Below, in pieces: positions 19,253 through 27,472 of a stretch of DNA of 64,000 nucleotides. The notes under the pieces were generated by a model. It searched no databases and had not been told where the DNA came from. It was given only the letters and a program-made list of their open reading frames with translations. Location: contig NZ_JALEGT010000093.1 of assembly GCF_022763305.1 (NCBI RefSeq), positions 461-64,460 on the forward strand, given 5' to 3'. Position 1 is the stretch's first letter. Each line of letters starts with the position of its first letter. Made by a program: the position numbers and the translations under genes. The stretch is from Marivita sp. (GTDB taxonomy: Bacteria; Pseudomonadota; Alphaproteobacteria; Rhodobacterales; Rhodobacteraceae).

Positions 19253-20395
19253 TCAGTTCGTCATTGCATGCAGCAGCCGGTCGAGCATGGCGTCGCAGGC
19301 CTGCAACTCCGACTGCAACAGGTATTCATCCGCCTTGTGCCCCTGCCCGCTCATCGAACCCGGACCACAGACCACGGTCGGGATGCCCAGCGCGTCGAAG
19401 AACCCCGCTTCGGTGCCGAAGGCAACCTTGGTGGTGCCGTTCCCGGCAAGGCGTTGGACCTCTGCCACCACCGGCGCGTCTTGTGGGGTATCAAGACCCG
19501 GATAGGACCACAGCCGATCCACTACGATCCCGGCACCCGGGCCATAGGCCATGGCGACGCGTGTGGCCGCGTCTGTGATCTGTTGCTCCAGCTTATCCGG
19601 ATCGTCCTGAGCCAAGTGCCTGATTTCAAATGTCATCTCGGCATGGTCCGGCACGATGTTGAGCGCCCTCCCACCGGACAGAAGACCCACATGGACGGTG
19701 CTGTAGGGCACGTCAAAGGCCGCATCCTGAGCGCCGTTCCGGGCGAGGTTGGTCTGCATGTCCTGCAGCGCCTTCACGAAATCCGCCGCCACGTTCAGCG
19801 CGTTGACGAAATTCGGGGCCATGGCCGAATGGCCGGCCTCGCCTCGGAGAGTGGCGCGGTAGGACCGTTTGCCCTTGTGGCCGATGGCGACGCGCATGTC
19901 GGTCGGCTCTCCGACAATCGCGAGGCGTGGTGCGCCGATCAGAGGTGTCAGGCGGTCGAGCATGCGCGCGATGCCCAGACAGCCCACTTCCTCGTCATAG
20001 GACAGAACCAGTTTCAGCGGCTCGCTCAGCGCAAGATGGCTTGCCGCATCGGCCGCGCGGAGCATGGCAGCGACAAAGCCCTTCATGTCTGTGGTGCCGC
20101 GTCCGTAAAGACGGCCATCCGCCTGGGTCAGAGCAAAGGGATCGCGGGTCCAATCCTGCCCTTCGACCGGCACAACGTCGGTATGGGCTGACAGCAGCAC
20201 GCCCCCGGTGCCCTCGGGACCAATCTCGGCATAGAGCCCGGCTTTGGGCGCGTCCGGATCGTCGATGCGCTTGACGCGGAAGCCACGCTGGGTCAGGTGG
20301 TCCTCGACATGGTCGATCAGCGCAAGGTTCGATTTGGCGCTGACCGTGTCGAAGGCGATCAGCCGCGCGAGGATGTCTTCGGTCCGGGTGGTCAT
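19253..20395 (-). CDS. M20 amidohydrolase, ArgE-like (candidate HinG-type)
   Basis: LLSAHTDVVP, GRGTTDMKGF, YDEEVGCLG, GEPT, GHKG, GTEAG, HKADE. ATGA overlap with the decarboxylase stop. Confidence 0.85.
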   Translation of the reverse strand: MTTRTEDILARLIAFDTVSAKSNLALIDHVEDHLTQRGFRVKRIDDPDAPKAGLYAEIGPEGTGGVLLSAHTDVVPVEGQDWTRDPFALTQADGRLYGRGTTDMKGFVAAMLRAADAASHLALSEPLKLVLSYDEEVGCLGIARMLDRLTPLIGAPRLAIVGEPTDMRVAIGHKGKRSYRATLRGEAGHSAMAPNFVNALNVAADFVKALQDMQTNLARNGAQDAAFDVPYSTVHVGLLSGGRALNIVPDHAEMTFEIRHLAQDDPDKLEQQITDAATRVAMAYGPGAGIVVDRLWSYPGLDTPQDAPVVAEVQRLAGNGTTKVAFGTEAGFFDALGIPTVVCGPGSMSGQGHKADEYLLQSELQACDAMLDRLLHAMTN

Positions 20396-21726
20396 TGCAG
20401 CGTGTCCAGAACGGACATGACATGATCCGCGTCTGTCTGCGGATTGACGATGCAGAGGCGGAACACCATCTCGCCACGCCAGCGGGTGGGCAGGCAGAGC
20501 AACGCGCCGGAGCGGCGGTGTTCTTCGGCCCAGCGGATCATCTCGTCCTCCGTCTTGCCCTTGGGCCGGAACAGGATCACCGTCAGGTTCGGTCCGAGCA
20601 ACAGGTCGAGCCATCGCGCGGCAGCGATCCGATCCGCAAGGTCTTCGGCAATCGCGCGGGTGTGGGCAATCGCCTGCGCATAGGCCTTGGTGCCATGCGT
20701 CACCAGCGAATACCACAGCGGCAGCCCCCGTGCCCGGCGCGTCAGGTGAAGCGCGTAATCGGAGGGATTCCATTCGCTCTTGTCGACCGTGTCAAGATAG
20801 ACCGCACGCTGCCCATGTGCGGCAGCCCCATGGGCCGCATCCCGGTAGAGCAAGGCGCAACTGTCATAGGGGGCAAAGACCCATTTGTGCGGGTCGATGA
20901 TCAATGAGTGCGCCCGCTCGATCCCGTCAAACGCCGGGCGCATCGCCGGATCGGCCATTGCGGCCCCGCCATAGGCCCCATCGACATGCACCCAGACGCC
21001 CTTTGCTTCGGCCAGGTCGGTCAGCCCGGCAATGTCATCCACCGCCCCGCAATTGGTGGCCCCGCCATTGGCCACAAAGGCAAAGGTTTCAGGCGTCACA
21101 TGCGCGGCGGCGGCTGTGGCTGTCATCCGACCTGACGGGTCCGAGGGGACGACGATCAAATCCGCATCCATCACGCGCGCAACGGCGGCAATCGAGGAAT
21201 GCGCCTCGGACGAACAGAGGATCGCACCGCGCCCGTTCGTGTCAGTGCGCCCCCGGTGCCAGTGCCGGGCGGCGTGCAGGGCGGAAAGGTTGCCCAAAGT
21301 TCCGCCTGCCACAAAGACACCGCCTGCAGATGACGGCCAGCCCGCCAGATCGGAGAGCCAGCGCAGCGCCTGATTTTCGGCATGGATCGCCCCTGCCCCG
21401 CCATCCCAGTTGCCGGCAAAGATGCCCGCCGCGCCCAAGGCCGCGTCGAAACTCAGCGCAGCGCGCGTGGGCGCTGCGGCGACGAAGGACAGAGATGTCG
21501 GATGGCCGAACGGGCGCGTCGCGGGTTGTATGACGTCAGTGAAAAGCGCAAACGCCGCTTCGGCGCCAAGACCGTCGGGCGTGATCGCACCGCCCATCTC
21601 GGCCTCCAACGCGACAGCGGGTCGGGCCCCGTTCCTTGGGTCGGGACCAGCGGCGACATGGCCTTCGACCCAATCCAGTATGCGGCGCGTGTCGTCTTGC
21701 GCGAAGGGAAAGGGATCGTGGCTCAA
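20392..21726 (-). CDS. Group II PLP-dependent amino-acid decarboxylase
   Basis: GGTLGNL, AHSSI, WVHVDGAYGG, IIDPHKW (PLP lysine), LTRRARGL. TTG start overlapping the upstream stop. Confidence 0.88.
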   Translation of the reverse strand: MSHDPFPFAQDDTRRILDWVEGHVAAGPDPRNGARPAVALEAEMGGAITPDGLGAEAAFALFTDVIQPATRPFGHPTSLSFVAAAPTRAALSFDAALGAAGIFAGNWDGGAGAIHAENQALRWLSDLAGWPSSAGGVFVAGGTLGNLSALHAARHWHRGRTDTNGRGAILCSSEAHSSIAAVARVMDADLIVVPSDPSGRMTATAAAAHVTPETFAFVANGGATNCGAVDDIAGLTDLAEAKGVWVHVDGAYGGAAMADPAMRPAFDGIERAHSLIIDPHKWVFAPYDSCALLYRDAAHGAAAHGQRAVYLDTVDKSEWNPSDYALHLTRRARGLPLWYSLVTHGTKAYAQAIAHTRAIAEDLADRIAAARWLDLLLGPNLTVILFRPKGKTEDEMIRWAEEHRRSGALLCLPTRWRGEMVFRLCIVNPQTDADHVMSVLDTLQ

Positions 21727-23801
21727 TCGACTGCGAGCTCCGTGATCTCGCGACGGAAGGGCAGCGCATCGCCAATATCCTCACCATCGAGTTCGCGCGC
21801 GTAGCGATGGCCTGCATAGGTCGCCCAGGCAATCGGCCCCGGCGCTTCGGCATCGCCGATGATCCGCACCGAGTTGATCCCCGCATCCGCCCAATCCGCC
21901 TCGCGCGCCTTGAGGTCATGGTAAAGCTGGTTGTTCTCCAACTTCGACGCCACCACCACAACCGCGTCGCAGTCGATCTGGCGGGTCTGATCGGTATAGG
22001 TGCAGTTCGACACGACATGGCCCGCTCCAATCTCGGTCACACCGCGATTGAGAACGATCTCGACGCCCATCTCGGCCAGTCGGCGGTGGATCGTGTGCTG
22101 TTCCAGCGTGTTCACCGTCCAATCCGAAAGATAAGCCGATGGCGTGACGATCGTCACCGCGCAGCCCGCGTTGCGCAGCAGTTCCGCCAGCACGCCGCCC
22201 ATGTAGTAGTGATCGTCGTCATAGATCACCACATGGCCCGAGGGGCGCTGGCCGTCCATGATGTCATCGGGCGTGAACACCGGCATTGCAGCATCCATCG
22301 GGAACGGCACCACATGCTGACGGCTCACCCCGTCCCTGCGCCATGTGGCCCCGGTGGCGATGCAGATGTTCTGGAAGCCGAATTCCAGGATTGCCTCGGC
22401 ATCCAGAGCACTGTCGAAATAGGTCTCCACATTGGGTTTCTGGCTGATCTGATAAGTGCGGTAATCTGCAACCCGCCCCCAGGCCGACAGGCCCGGCAAC
22501 AGCCGTTCCCGCGCGACGCGCCCACCCAGCACACGGCCGGCCTCGGCCAGTGCCACGTCATAGCCGCGTTCGGCCAAGGCCCGCGTCGCCTCCAACCCCG
22601 CCGGACCAGCGCCCACGACCAGTACGTTTTCGCTGCGGCCCTTGGGATTCATGCGTTCCGGGTGCCAGCCCTTGCGCCATTCCTCCATGAAGGTGGGGTT
22701 CTGCGTGCAGCGGCTGATCGACATGGTCATGTCACCGGTGATGCAGATGTTGCAGCCGATACACTCGCGGATGTCCTCGATCCGGCCTTCCTCGATCTTC
22801 CTGGGCAGGAAGGGATCGGCGATCGACGGGCGGGCGCAGCCGATGGCGTCGAGCACGCCACTGCGCACCATTCTGGCCATCACGTCGGGCGAGGTGAACC
22901 TTCCCACTCCAACGACAGGTTTCGACGACAGCTCGCGGATGCCACGCACCAGCGCCTCTTGTGCGCCCTCTTCCTTGAAGCGGGACGGGCCGGAGCAGTC
23001 TTCCCACGTGCCATGCGCCAAATCCCAGAGGTCCGGCAGGTCCTTGTTCATGTCGATGAACTCGCGCACCTCGGCATTGGAAAAGCCCAGATCACCGATG
23101 CTCTCGTCCAGCGAGACCCGCAGGGTGAGGCCCATGCTGTCCCCCACCGCGTCGCGCATGTCGGAAATCACCTCGCGCGCGAACCGGGACCGGTTTTCCA
23201 GGCTGCCGCCATATTCGTCATCACGCATGTTGGTGGCGCGGCTGAGGAAGTGCTGGAAGATGCCGAACCCATGCGCGCCGTAGAGGCAGATCAGGTCGAA
23301 GCCCGCGATCCTGGCGCGCTTGGCCGCGTTCACGAACCAGCGGCGCAGATCCTTGATCTCGTCCTTCGACAGGGCGCGCGCCTGAACGGGGTCATTGGTG
23401 AAGGTGCGGATCGGTCCCGCCGAGACCGCCAGCGGCACCTCCTTGGTGTACATGTTCGGCCCGTTGATGCCGGAATAGGCCAGTTGGATGCCCGCCAGCG
23501 CGCCATGCTCCTTCATCTTGCCCGCCATCTTGGCGAGCATGGGAATGTCCTTGTCCTCCCACAGGCGCAGTTCGATGAACGGCGTGATCTCAGACGTGTG
23601 GTGCATCTCGCATTGTTCGGTAAAGATCACCCCCCAGCCACCTTCGGACTTGATCCCGCGCATGGCCGCCGCCGCGGACGGGTCGCGATAGCCGCCGCCG
23701 TTGCAATGCGGCACCTGGTAAAAGCGGTTCTTGGCGGTGACCGGACCGATGGTCAGCGGGTCGAATAGCACGTCATACCGGGGATCGCGTCCGTCGAGCA
23801 T
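21723..23801 (-). CDS. Histamine dehydrogenase-like flavoprotein (TMADH/HADH family; covalent FMN, [4Fe-4S])
   Basis: KNRFYQVPHCNG.GYRDPS (FMN-attaching Cys), PFIELRLW, YGAHG, ECIGCNICITGDMTMSISRCTQNP..EEWRKGWHPE, GAGPAG. Closely follows my recollection of Nocardioides simplex histamine dehydrogenase. Confidence 0.82.
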   Translation of the reverse strand: MLDGRDPRYDVLFDPLTIGPVTAKNRFYQVPHCNGGGYRDPSAAAAMRGIKSEGGWGVIFTEQCEMHHTSEITPFIELRLWEDKDIPMLAKMAGKMKEHGALAGIQLAYSGINGPNMYTKEVPLAVSAGPIRTFTNDPVQARALSKDEIKDLRRWFVNAAKRARIAGFDLICLYGAHGFGIFQHFLSRATNMRDDEYGGSLENRSRFAREVISDMRDAVGDSMGLTLRVSLDESIGDLGFSNAEVREFIDMNKDLPDLWDLAHGTWEDCSGPSRFKEEGAQEALVRGIRELSSKPVVGVGRFTSPDVMARMVRSGVLDAIGCARPSIADPFLPRKIEEGRIEDIRECIGCNICITGDMTMSISRCTQNPTFMEEWRKGWHPERMNPKGRSENVLVVGAGPAGLEATRALAERGYDVALAEAGRVLGGRVARERLLPGLSAWGRVADYRTYQISQKPNVETYFDSALDAEAILEFGFQNICIATGATWRRDGVSRQHVVPFPMDAAMPVFTPDDIMDGQRPSGHVVIYDDDHYYMGGVLAELLRNAGCAVTIVTPSAYLSDWTVNTLEQHTIHRRLAEMGVEIVLNRGVTEIGAGHVVSNCTYTDQTRQIDCDAVVVVASKLENNQLYHDLKAREADWADAGINSVRIIGDAEAPGPIAWATYAGHRYARELDGEDIGDALPFRREITELAVD

Positions 23802-23877
23802 CAAGCCTCTCCTGTCGGGTTTCGGACAGATTACAATCTGTGCTGCAGTGCAAAAGTCTTGGCCACGGAAGCGTTGC

Positions 23878-23892
23878 TTAGGCTGTCGCTAA
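23878..23892. promoter_or_regulatory. Putative LysR box 2 (minus strand TTAGCGACAGCCTAA) upstream of the dehydrogenase
   Basis: Plus-strand TTAGGCTGTCGCTAA is the reverse complement of TTAGC-N4-GCCTAA; ~77 nt before the start. Confidence 0.7.
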
Positions 23893-23893
23893 G

Positions 23894-24829
23894 TCAGACC
23901 AACGGCTCTCCGCCAATTCGGTCCAACCGCCCGGAGCGGACAAGCGACGCAGCGTATTCGATGAACGCCCGCACCGCGTTCGACCGGTTCGCATCCTGCG
24001 CTGTCAACAGGCCCATGCGCAAGGCCCGCACCTTGCCGCCGATGGGGATCACCCGCACAGGGTTGCCATCGGGCGAGGTGTCGCTCAGAGGGCGGACATT
24101 GGCTATGGAATAACCGAAATCATTGCCCACCATCGACCGCATCACCGCCATGTCGCGGGTCCGTTCGGCGATCACCGGCTTGCCGCCCGCCTGATCGAAC
24201 AGCGACAGGAAGTAATCCGCGCTCAGCGGCAGGTCGAGCAACACCATGGGATGCGCGCTGAGGTCTTCGACCGTCACGACATCGCGCTCCGCCAGCGGGT
24301 GTGCGATCCCCATGAGCGCGATGGGTGGAAGGCGCACCAGTGCGGTGAATTGCAAATCGGCAGGCACATCAAGGTCATAGGTCAGCGCCACGTCGATCTC
24401 GGACCGGCGCAAGGCACTGAACAACTCCACCTGGTTCAGTTCATGCTGACGCAGCCGCACTTCGGGGAATTCGGCTTCGAACCCCCGGCGCAGGGTCGGC
24501 AGGACAAGCTGCGCAAAGGTCAACAGGCAGCCAATGCTGAGCGGCCCCCGGACGGAGCCGGAAATGTCGCCCGCGATGTCCATCATCGCGCCCGCTTCGC
24601 GTAGCACGATCTTCGCCTGCTCCAGCATCTGCCGCCCGGCCTGTGTCAGCGACAGGCCCTGCGCGTGCTGCCGCACAAACAGGGGCAGGCCGAATTCCGC
24701 CTCAAGCTGCGAGATGGCCGAGGAGATGGACGGCGAGGACACGTTGATCCGCTCGGACGCACGCGCAATGCTTCCGGTTTCGCCGACGGCGACGAAATAC
24801 TCCAATTGCCGCAACGTGTAGCGCAGCAT
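23894..24829 (-). CDS. LysR family regulator (HinK-like)
   Basis: MLRYTLRQLEYFVAVGETGSIARAS...SPSISSAISQLE..FGLPLFVRQHAQGLSLT; LSIGC, DVALTYDL, PMVLLDLPLS. Confidence 0.88.
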   Translation of the reverse strand: MLRYTLRQLEYFVAVGETGSIARASERINVSSPSISSAISQLEAEFGLPLFVRQHAQGLSLTQAGRQMLEQAKIVLREAGAMMDIAGDISGSVRGPLSIGCLLTFAQLVLPTLRRGFEAEFPEVRLRQHELNQVELFSALRRSEIDVALTYDLDVPADLQFTALVRLPPIALMGIAHPLAERDVVTVEDLSAHPMVLLDLPLSADYFLSLFDQAGGKPVIAERTRDMAVMRSMVGNDFGYSIANVRPLSDTSPDGNPVRVIPIGGKVRALRMGLLTAQDANRSNAVRAFIEYAASLVRSGRLDRIGGEPLV

Positions 24830-24910
24830 CCATGCCCCCTGACCAAGCGGTTCCTTCAAACCTTGGACGGGTTGCCCAGTGTCTTCAAGGCTGTCTGATG
24901 CCAAAGCGCG

Positions 24911-25585
24911 TCATTCGTCGCCCGGCACACCGTAGGACGGCGCCTGCGTCGGATCGAGCGCGCGCTGCACATAGGCCTCAAGCTGCGGTTTGTAGACCTC
25001 CCACGCGGTGGCCACCGCTTCGATCGGGCAATCCTCGGTCCAGTCGCAGCGCAGGTCGGCTACGGGCCAGTTCACTTTGTCGACCAGCATCATACCTGCG
25101 GAATGCACCGGCCCGGCCTCGCCGCCAGCCGCCAGCCCCGCACGCAAGGCGGCAATGAGCCTGTCGCCCAGATGACCCTGCGCCGCCTCAAAGGCCGCAA
25201 CGATGTCCCCTGGCACGCCGTCATTGGCCAGAAGATTGCCGCCCGAGGCGACATTCACCCCTTCGGCCTGTGTCCAGATCCCCAGCGATTTCGGCCCCGA
25301 ATGGATCGCCGTCCGTCCCTGCCGGTCAATTGCCAGCACCTGACGGTAGGCGATGTGCCATCCCTGATCACGCACGCCCGCAATCGCCTCAGACGCCGAC
25401 ATGCCGCCCTGCATGAGGTCGAGCGCAAACGGCCCAAGCGTCGGGTCGGTCACGTTCTGGCTCGCCACCGCACCGACACCTGCCCGCGCGTAGGAACACC
25501 GCGCCGCAACTGCCGGGGATGACGAGGAAATCGCCACGCCGAACATCCCCGTGTCGGCGCATCGGGCTACCAGTGAGAACGTCAT
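24911..25585 (-). CDS. DUF1028 Ntn-hydrolase-like protein (HinH-like)
   Basis: MTFSLVARC..TGMFGVAISSSSPAVAARC, GAVASQN, GNLL, AGGEAGPVHSAG, DLRCDW. Confidence 0.85.
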   Translation of the reverse strand: MTFSLVARCADTGMFGVAISSSSPAVAARCSYARAGVGAVASQNVTDPTLGPFALDLMQGGMSASEAIAGVRDQGWHIAYRQVLAIDRQGRTAIHSGPKSLGIWTQAEGVNVASGGNLLANDGVPGDIVAAFEAAQGHLGDRLIAALRAGLAAGGEAGPVHSAGMMLVDKVNWPVADLRCDWTEDCPIEAVATAWEVYKPQLEAYVQRALDPTQAPSYGVPGDE

Positions 25586-26010
25586 CGCTGATACCCGTCC
25601 GGGATCACGGCGGTGCCGTCGATCTCGACCAGCCATTCCGGCCGCGCAAGTGCGCTGACGACAAGGCCCGTGGACACGGGATGCACGCCTTTGATGTACT
25701 CGCCCATCGTGCGATAGACCGCCTCGCGGTGGCGCACATCGGTGATGTAGACCACCACCTTGACCAGATGCGCCATCTCGCCTCCGGCCTCTTCGATCAA
25801 CTGACGGATGTTCTGCATCACCTTGTGGGTCTGTTCGACCGGGTCATGGCTGTCGATGTTCCTGGCATCATCAAGGTTCTGCGGGCACTGCCCCCGCAGC
25901 CAGACGATCCGCCCACCTTGGGTGACGACCGCCTGACAAAGGTCGTTGTCGAGGTTCTGTTCGGGATATGTGTCGGACGTGTTGAAGGTACGGATGCGGG
26001 TATGGGCCAT
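25582..26010 (-). CDS. RidA/YjgF family protein (HinL-like)
   Basis: MAHTRIRTFNT.DTYPEQNLDNDLCQAVV, LRGQ, LARPEWLVEIDGTAVI. Confidence 0.88.
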   Translation of the reverse strand: MAHTRIRTFNTSDTYPEQNLDNDLCQAVVTQGGRIVWLRGQCPQNLDDARNIDSHDPVEQTHKVMQNIRQLIEEAGGEMAHLVKVVVYITDVRHREAVYRTMGEYIKGVHPVSTGLVVSALARPEWLVEIDGTAVIPDGYQR

Positions 26011-26091
26011 GCCGGGTGTCCTCTTGGAGCTTGAGGATCGGTCTACCCTTTCGGCGTCGAAGGGCGGAACGACCCTTTCCCTCATCTGTGG

Positions 26092-26127
26092 TTAGCCCAA
26101 GCCTAAGTTTGATTAGCGTGAACCCAA
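26092..26127. promoter_or_regulatory. Putative LysR box 3 (TTAGCCCAAGCCTAA) plus a weaker adjacent copy (TTAGCGTGAACCCAA)
   Basis: Between the divergent RidA and flavin monooxygenase genes; the two copies start 21 bp apart, like LysR RBS/ABS sites. Confidence 0.7.
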
Positions 26128-26204
26128 GCAAGGCTTTCGGAATCCGTTGTGTGCCCCGCGCCGGACCGCTGCCTATGCTCGGCCCCATCGTCAAGGAGGC
26201 ACCC

Positions 26205-27467
26205 ATGGAAGAAATCGATACGGTTGTTGTCGGCGCAGGACAGGCCGGGGTCGCGATGAGCGAACACCTGACCCACCTCGACATTCCCCATGTGGTTCTC
26301 GAACGCGCCCGGATCGCCGAACGCTGGCGGACCGAACGCTGGGATTCGCTTGTCGCAAATGGCCCCGCCTGGCATGATCGCTTTCCGAACATGGCCTTTG
26401 GGTGTGACGACGATGCCTTCCCCGACAAGGAAAGCGTGGCCGCCTATTTCGAAGCCTACGCCAAGCGGTTCAACGCGCCGATCCGCACCGGCGTCGATGT
26501 GACGGCGGTGACGCCCAAGGATGGTGGCTTCGTGGTCCAGACATCCAAAGGCACGATCCGCGCACGGCATGTGGTGGCCGCGACAGGCCCCTTCCAGAAA
26601 CCGGCGATCCCGCCGGTGGTGCCCGCCGACGCGGGGCCGCTGCAACTTCATTCCAACGCCTATCGCAACCCCGCACAGCTTCCCCAAGGGGCGGTGCTGG
26701 TCGTGGGCGGTGGCTCGTCCGGGGTGCAGATTGCCGAAGAGCTGATGGAGGCGGGACGCGAGGTCTACCTCTCCATAGGTCCCCATGACCGCCCGCCCCG
26801 CCGCTACCGGGGGCGCGACAATGTCTGGTGGCTGGGGGTCCTGGGCAAGTGGAACGCCGACAGCCCCGGCCCCGGAACCGAGCATGTGACCATTGCCGTC
26901 AGCGGCGCGCATGGCGGCAAGACCATCGATTTCCGCGCGCTGGCGCATCGGGGCATGACGCTTATGGGGATGACCGAGGGGTACAGCGACGGCGTGGTGC
27001 GATTTGCCGACGATCTGAAAACCAACCTTCAGGCCGGGGACGCGAATTACCTGTCGGTGCTGGACGAGGCGGACGCCTATATCGCCAAGCACGGGCTCGA
27101 TCTGCCGCTTGAACCCGAAGCGCGGACCATCCCGGACGATCCCACCTGCGTGACCGATCCGATCCGCGAGATCGATCTGGCCGAGGCGGGGATCGGCACA
27201 ATCCTCTGGGCCACCGGCTATCAGTTCGATTTCGGCTGGATCAAGGCCGACACGTTCGACGACAAGGGCCGTCCCCTGCATCAGCGCGGTGTGTCCCGCG
27301 AACCGGGGCTCTATTTCGTCGGCCTGCCCTGGCAGACGCGGCGCGGCTCGTCCTTCATCTGGGGGGTCTGGCACGACGCCAAGTTCATCGCCGACCAGAT
27401 CGCTATCCAGCGCGGCTACATGGCCTATCAGGGCTGCGCCGCGATCCGGGTGCCCGAGGACGCCTGA
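26205..27467 (+). CDS. Flavin-containing monooxygenase-like protein (HinF-like, candidate imidazole-4-acetate oxygenase)
   Basis: AAGGAGG RBS; VVVGAGQAG, RWDSLVANGPAWHDRFP, ATGPFQ, HSNAYRNP, VGGGSSG, WATGY, RGSSFIWGVWHDA. Confidence 0.82.
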   Translation: MEEIDTVVVGAGQAGVAMSEHLTHLDIPHVVLERARIAERWRTERWDSLVANGPAWHDRFPNMAFGCDDDAFPDKESVAAYFEAYAKRFNAPIRTGVDVTAVTPKDGGFVVQTSKGTIRARHVVAATGPFQKPAIPPVVPADAGPLQLHSNAYRNPAQLPQGAVLVVGGGSSGVQIAEELMEAGREVYLSIGPHDRPPRRYRGRDNVWWLGVLGKWNADSPGPGTEHVTIAVSGAHGGKTIDFRALAHRGMTLMGMTEGYSDGVVRFADDLKTNLQAGDANYLSVLDEADAYIAKHGLDLPLEPEARTIPDDPTCVTDPIREIDLAEAGIGTILWATGYQFDFGWIKADTFDDKGRPLHQRGVSREPGLYFVGLPWQTRRGSSFIWGVWHDAKFIADQIAIQRGYMAYQGCAAIRVPEDA

Positions 27468-27472
27468 CCGCG

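Noticed and set aside
19253..20395. Housekeeping argE of arginine biosynthesis
   Set aside because: Embedded in a catabolic operon with no arg genes; a HinG-like role is more plausible, so no symbol was given.
21636..23768. 710-aa plus-strand ORF
   Set aside because: Antisense shadow of the dehydrogenase; no motifs, and long shadow ORFs are expected at this GC content.
21723..23801. Trimethylamine dehydrogenase call
   Set aside because: N-terminal motifs and the hin-like neighbours favour the histamine dehydrogenase branch, and no ETF or methylamine genes are nearby; not formally excluded without a tree.
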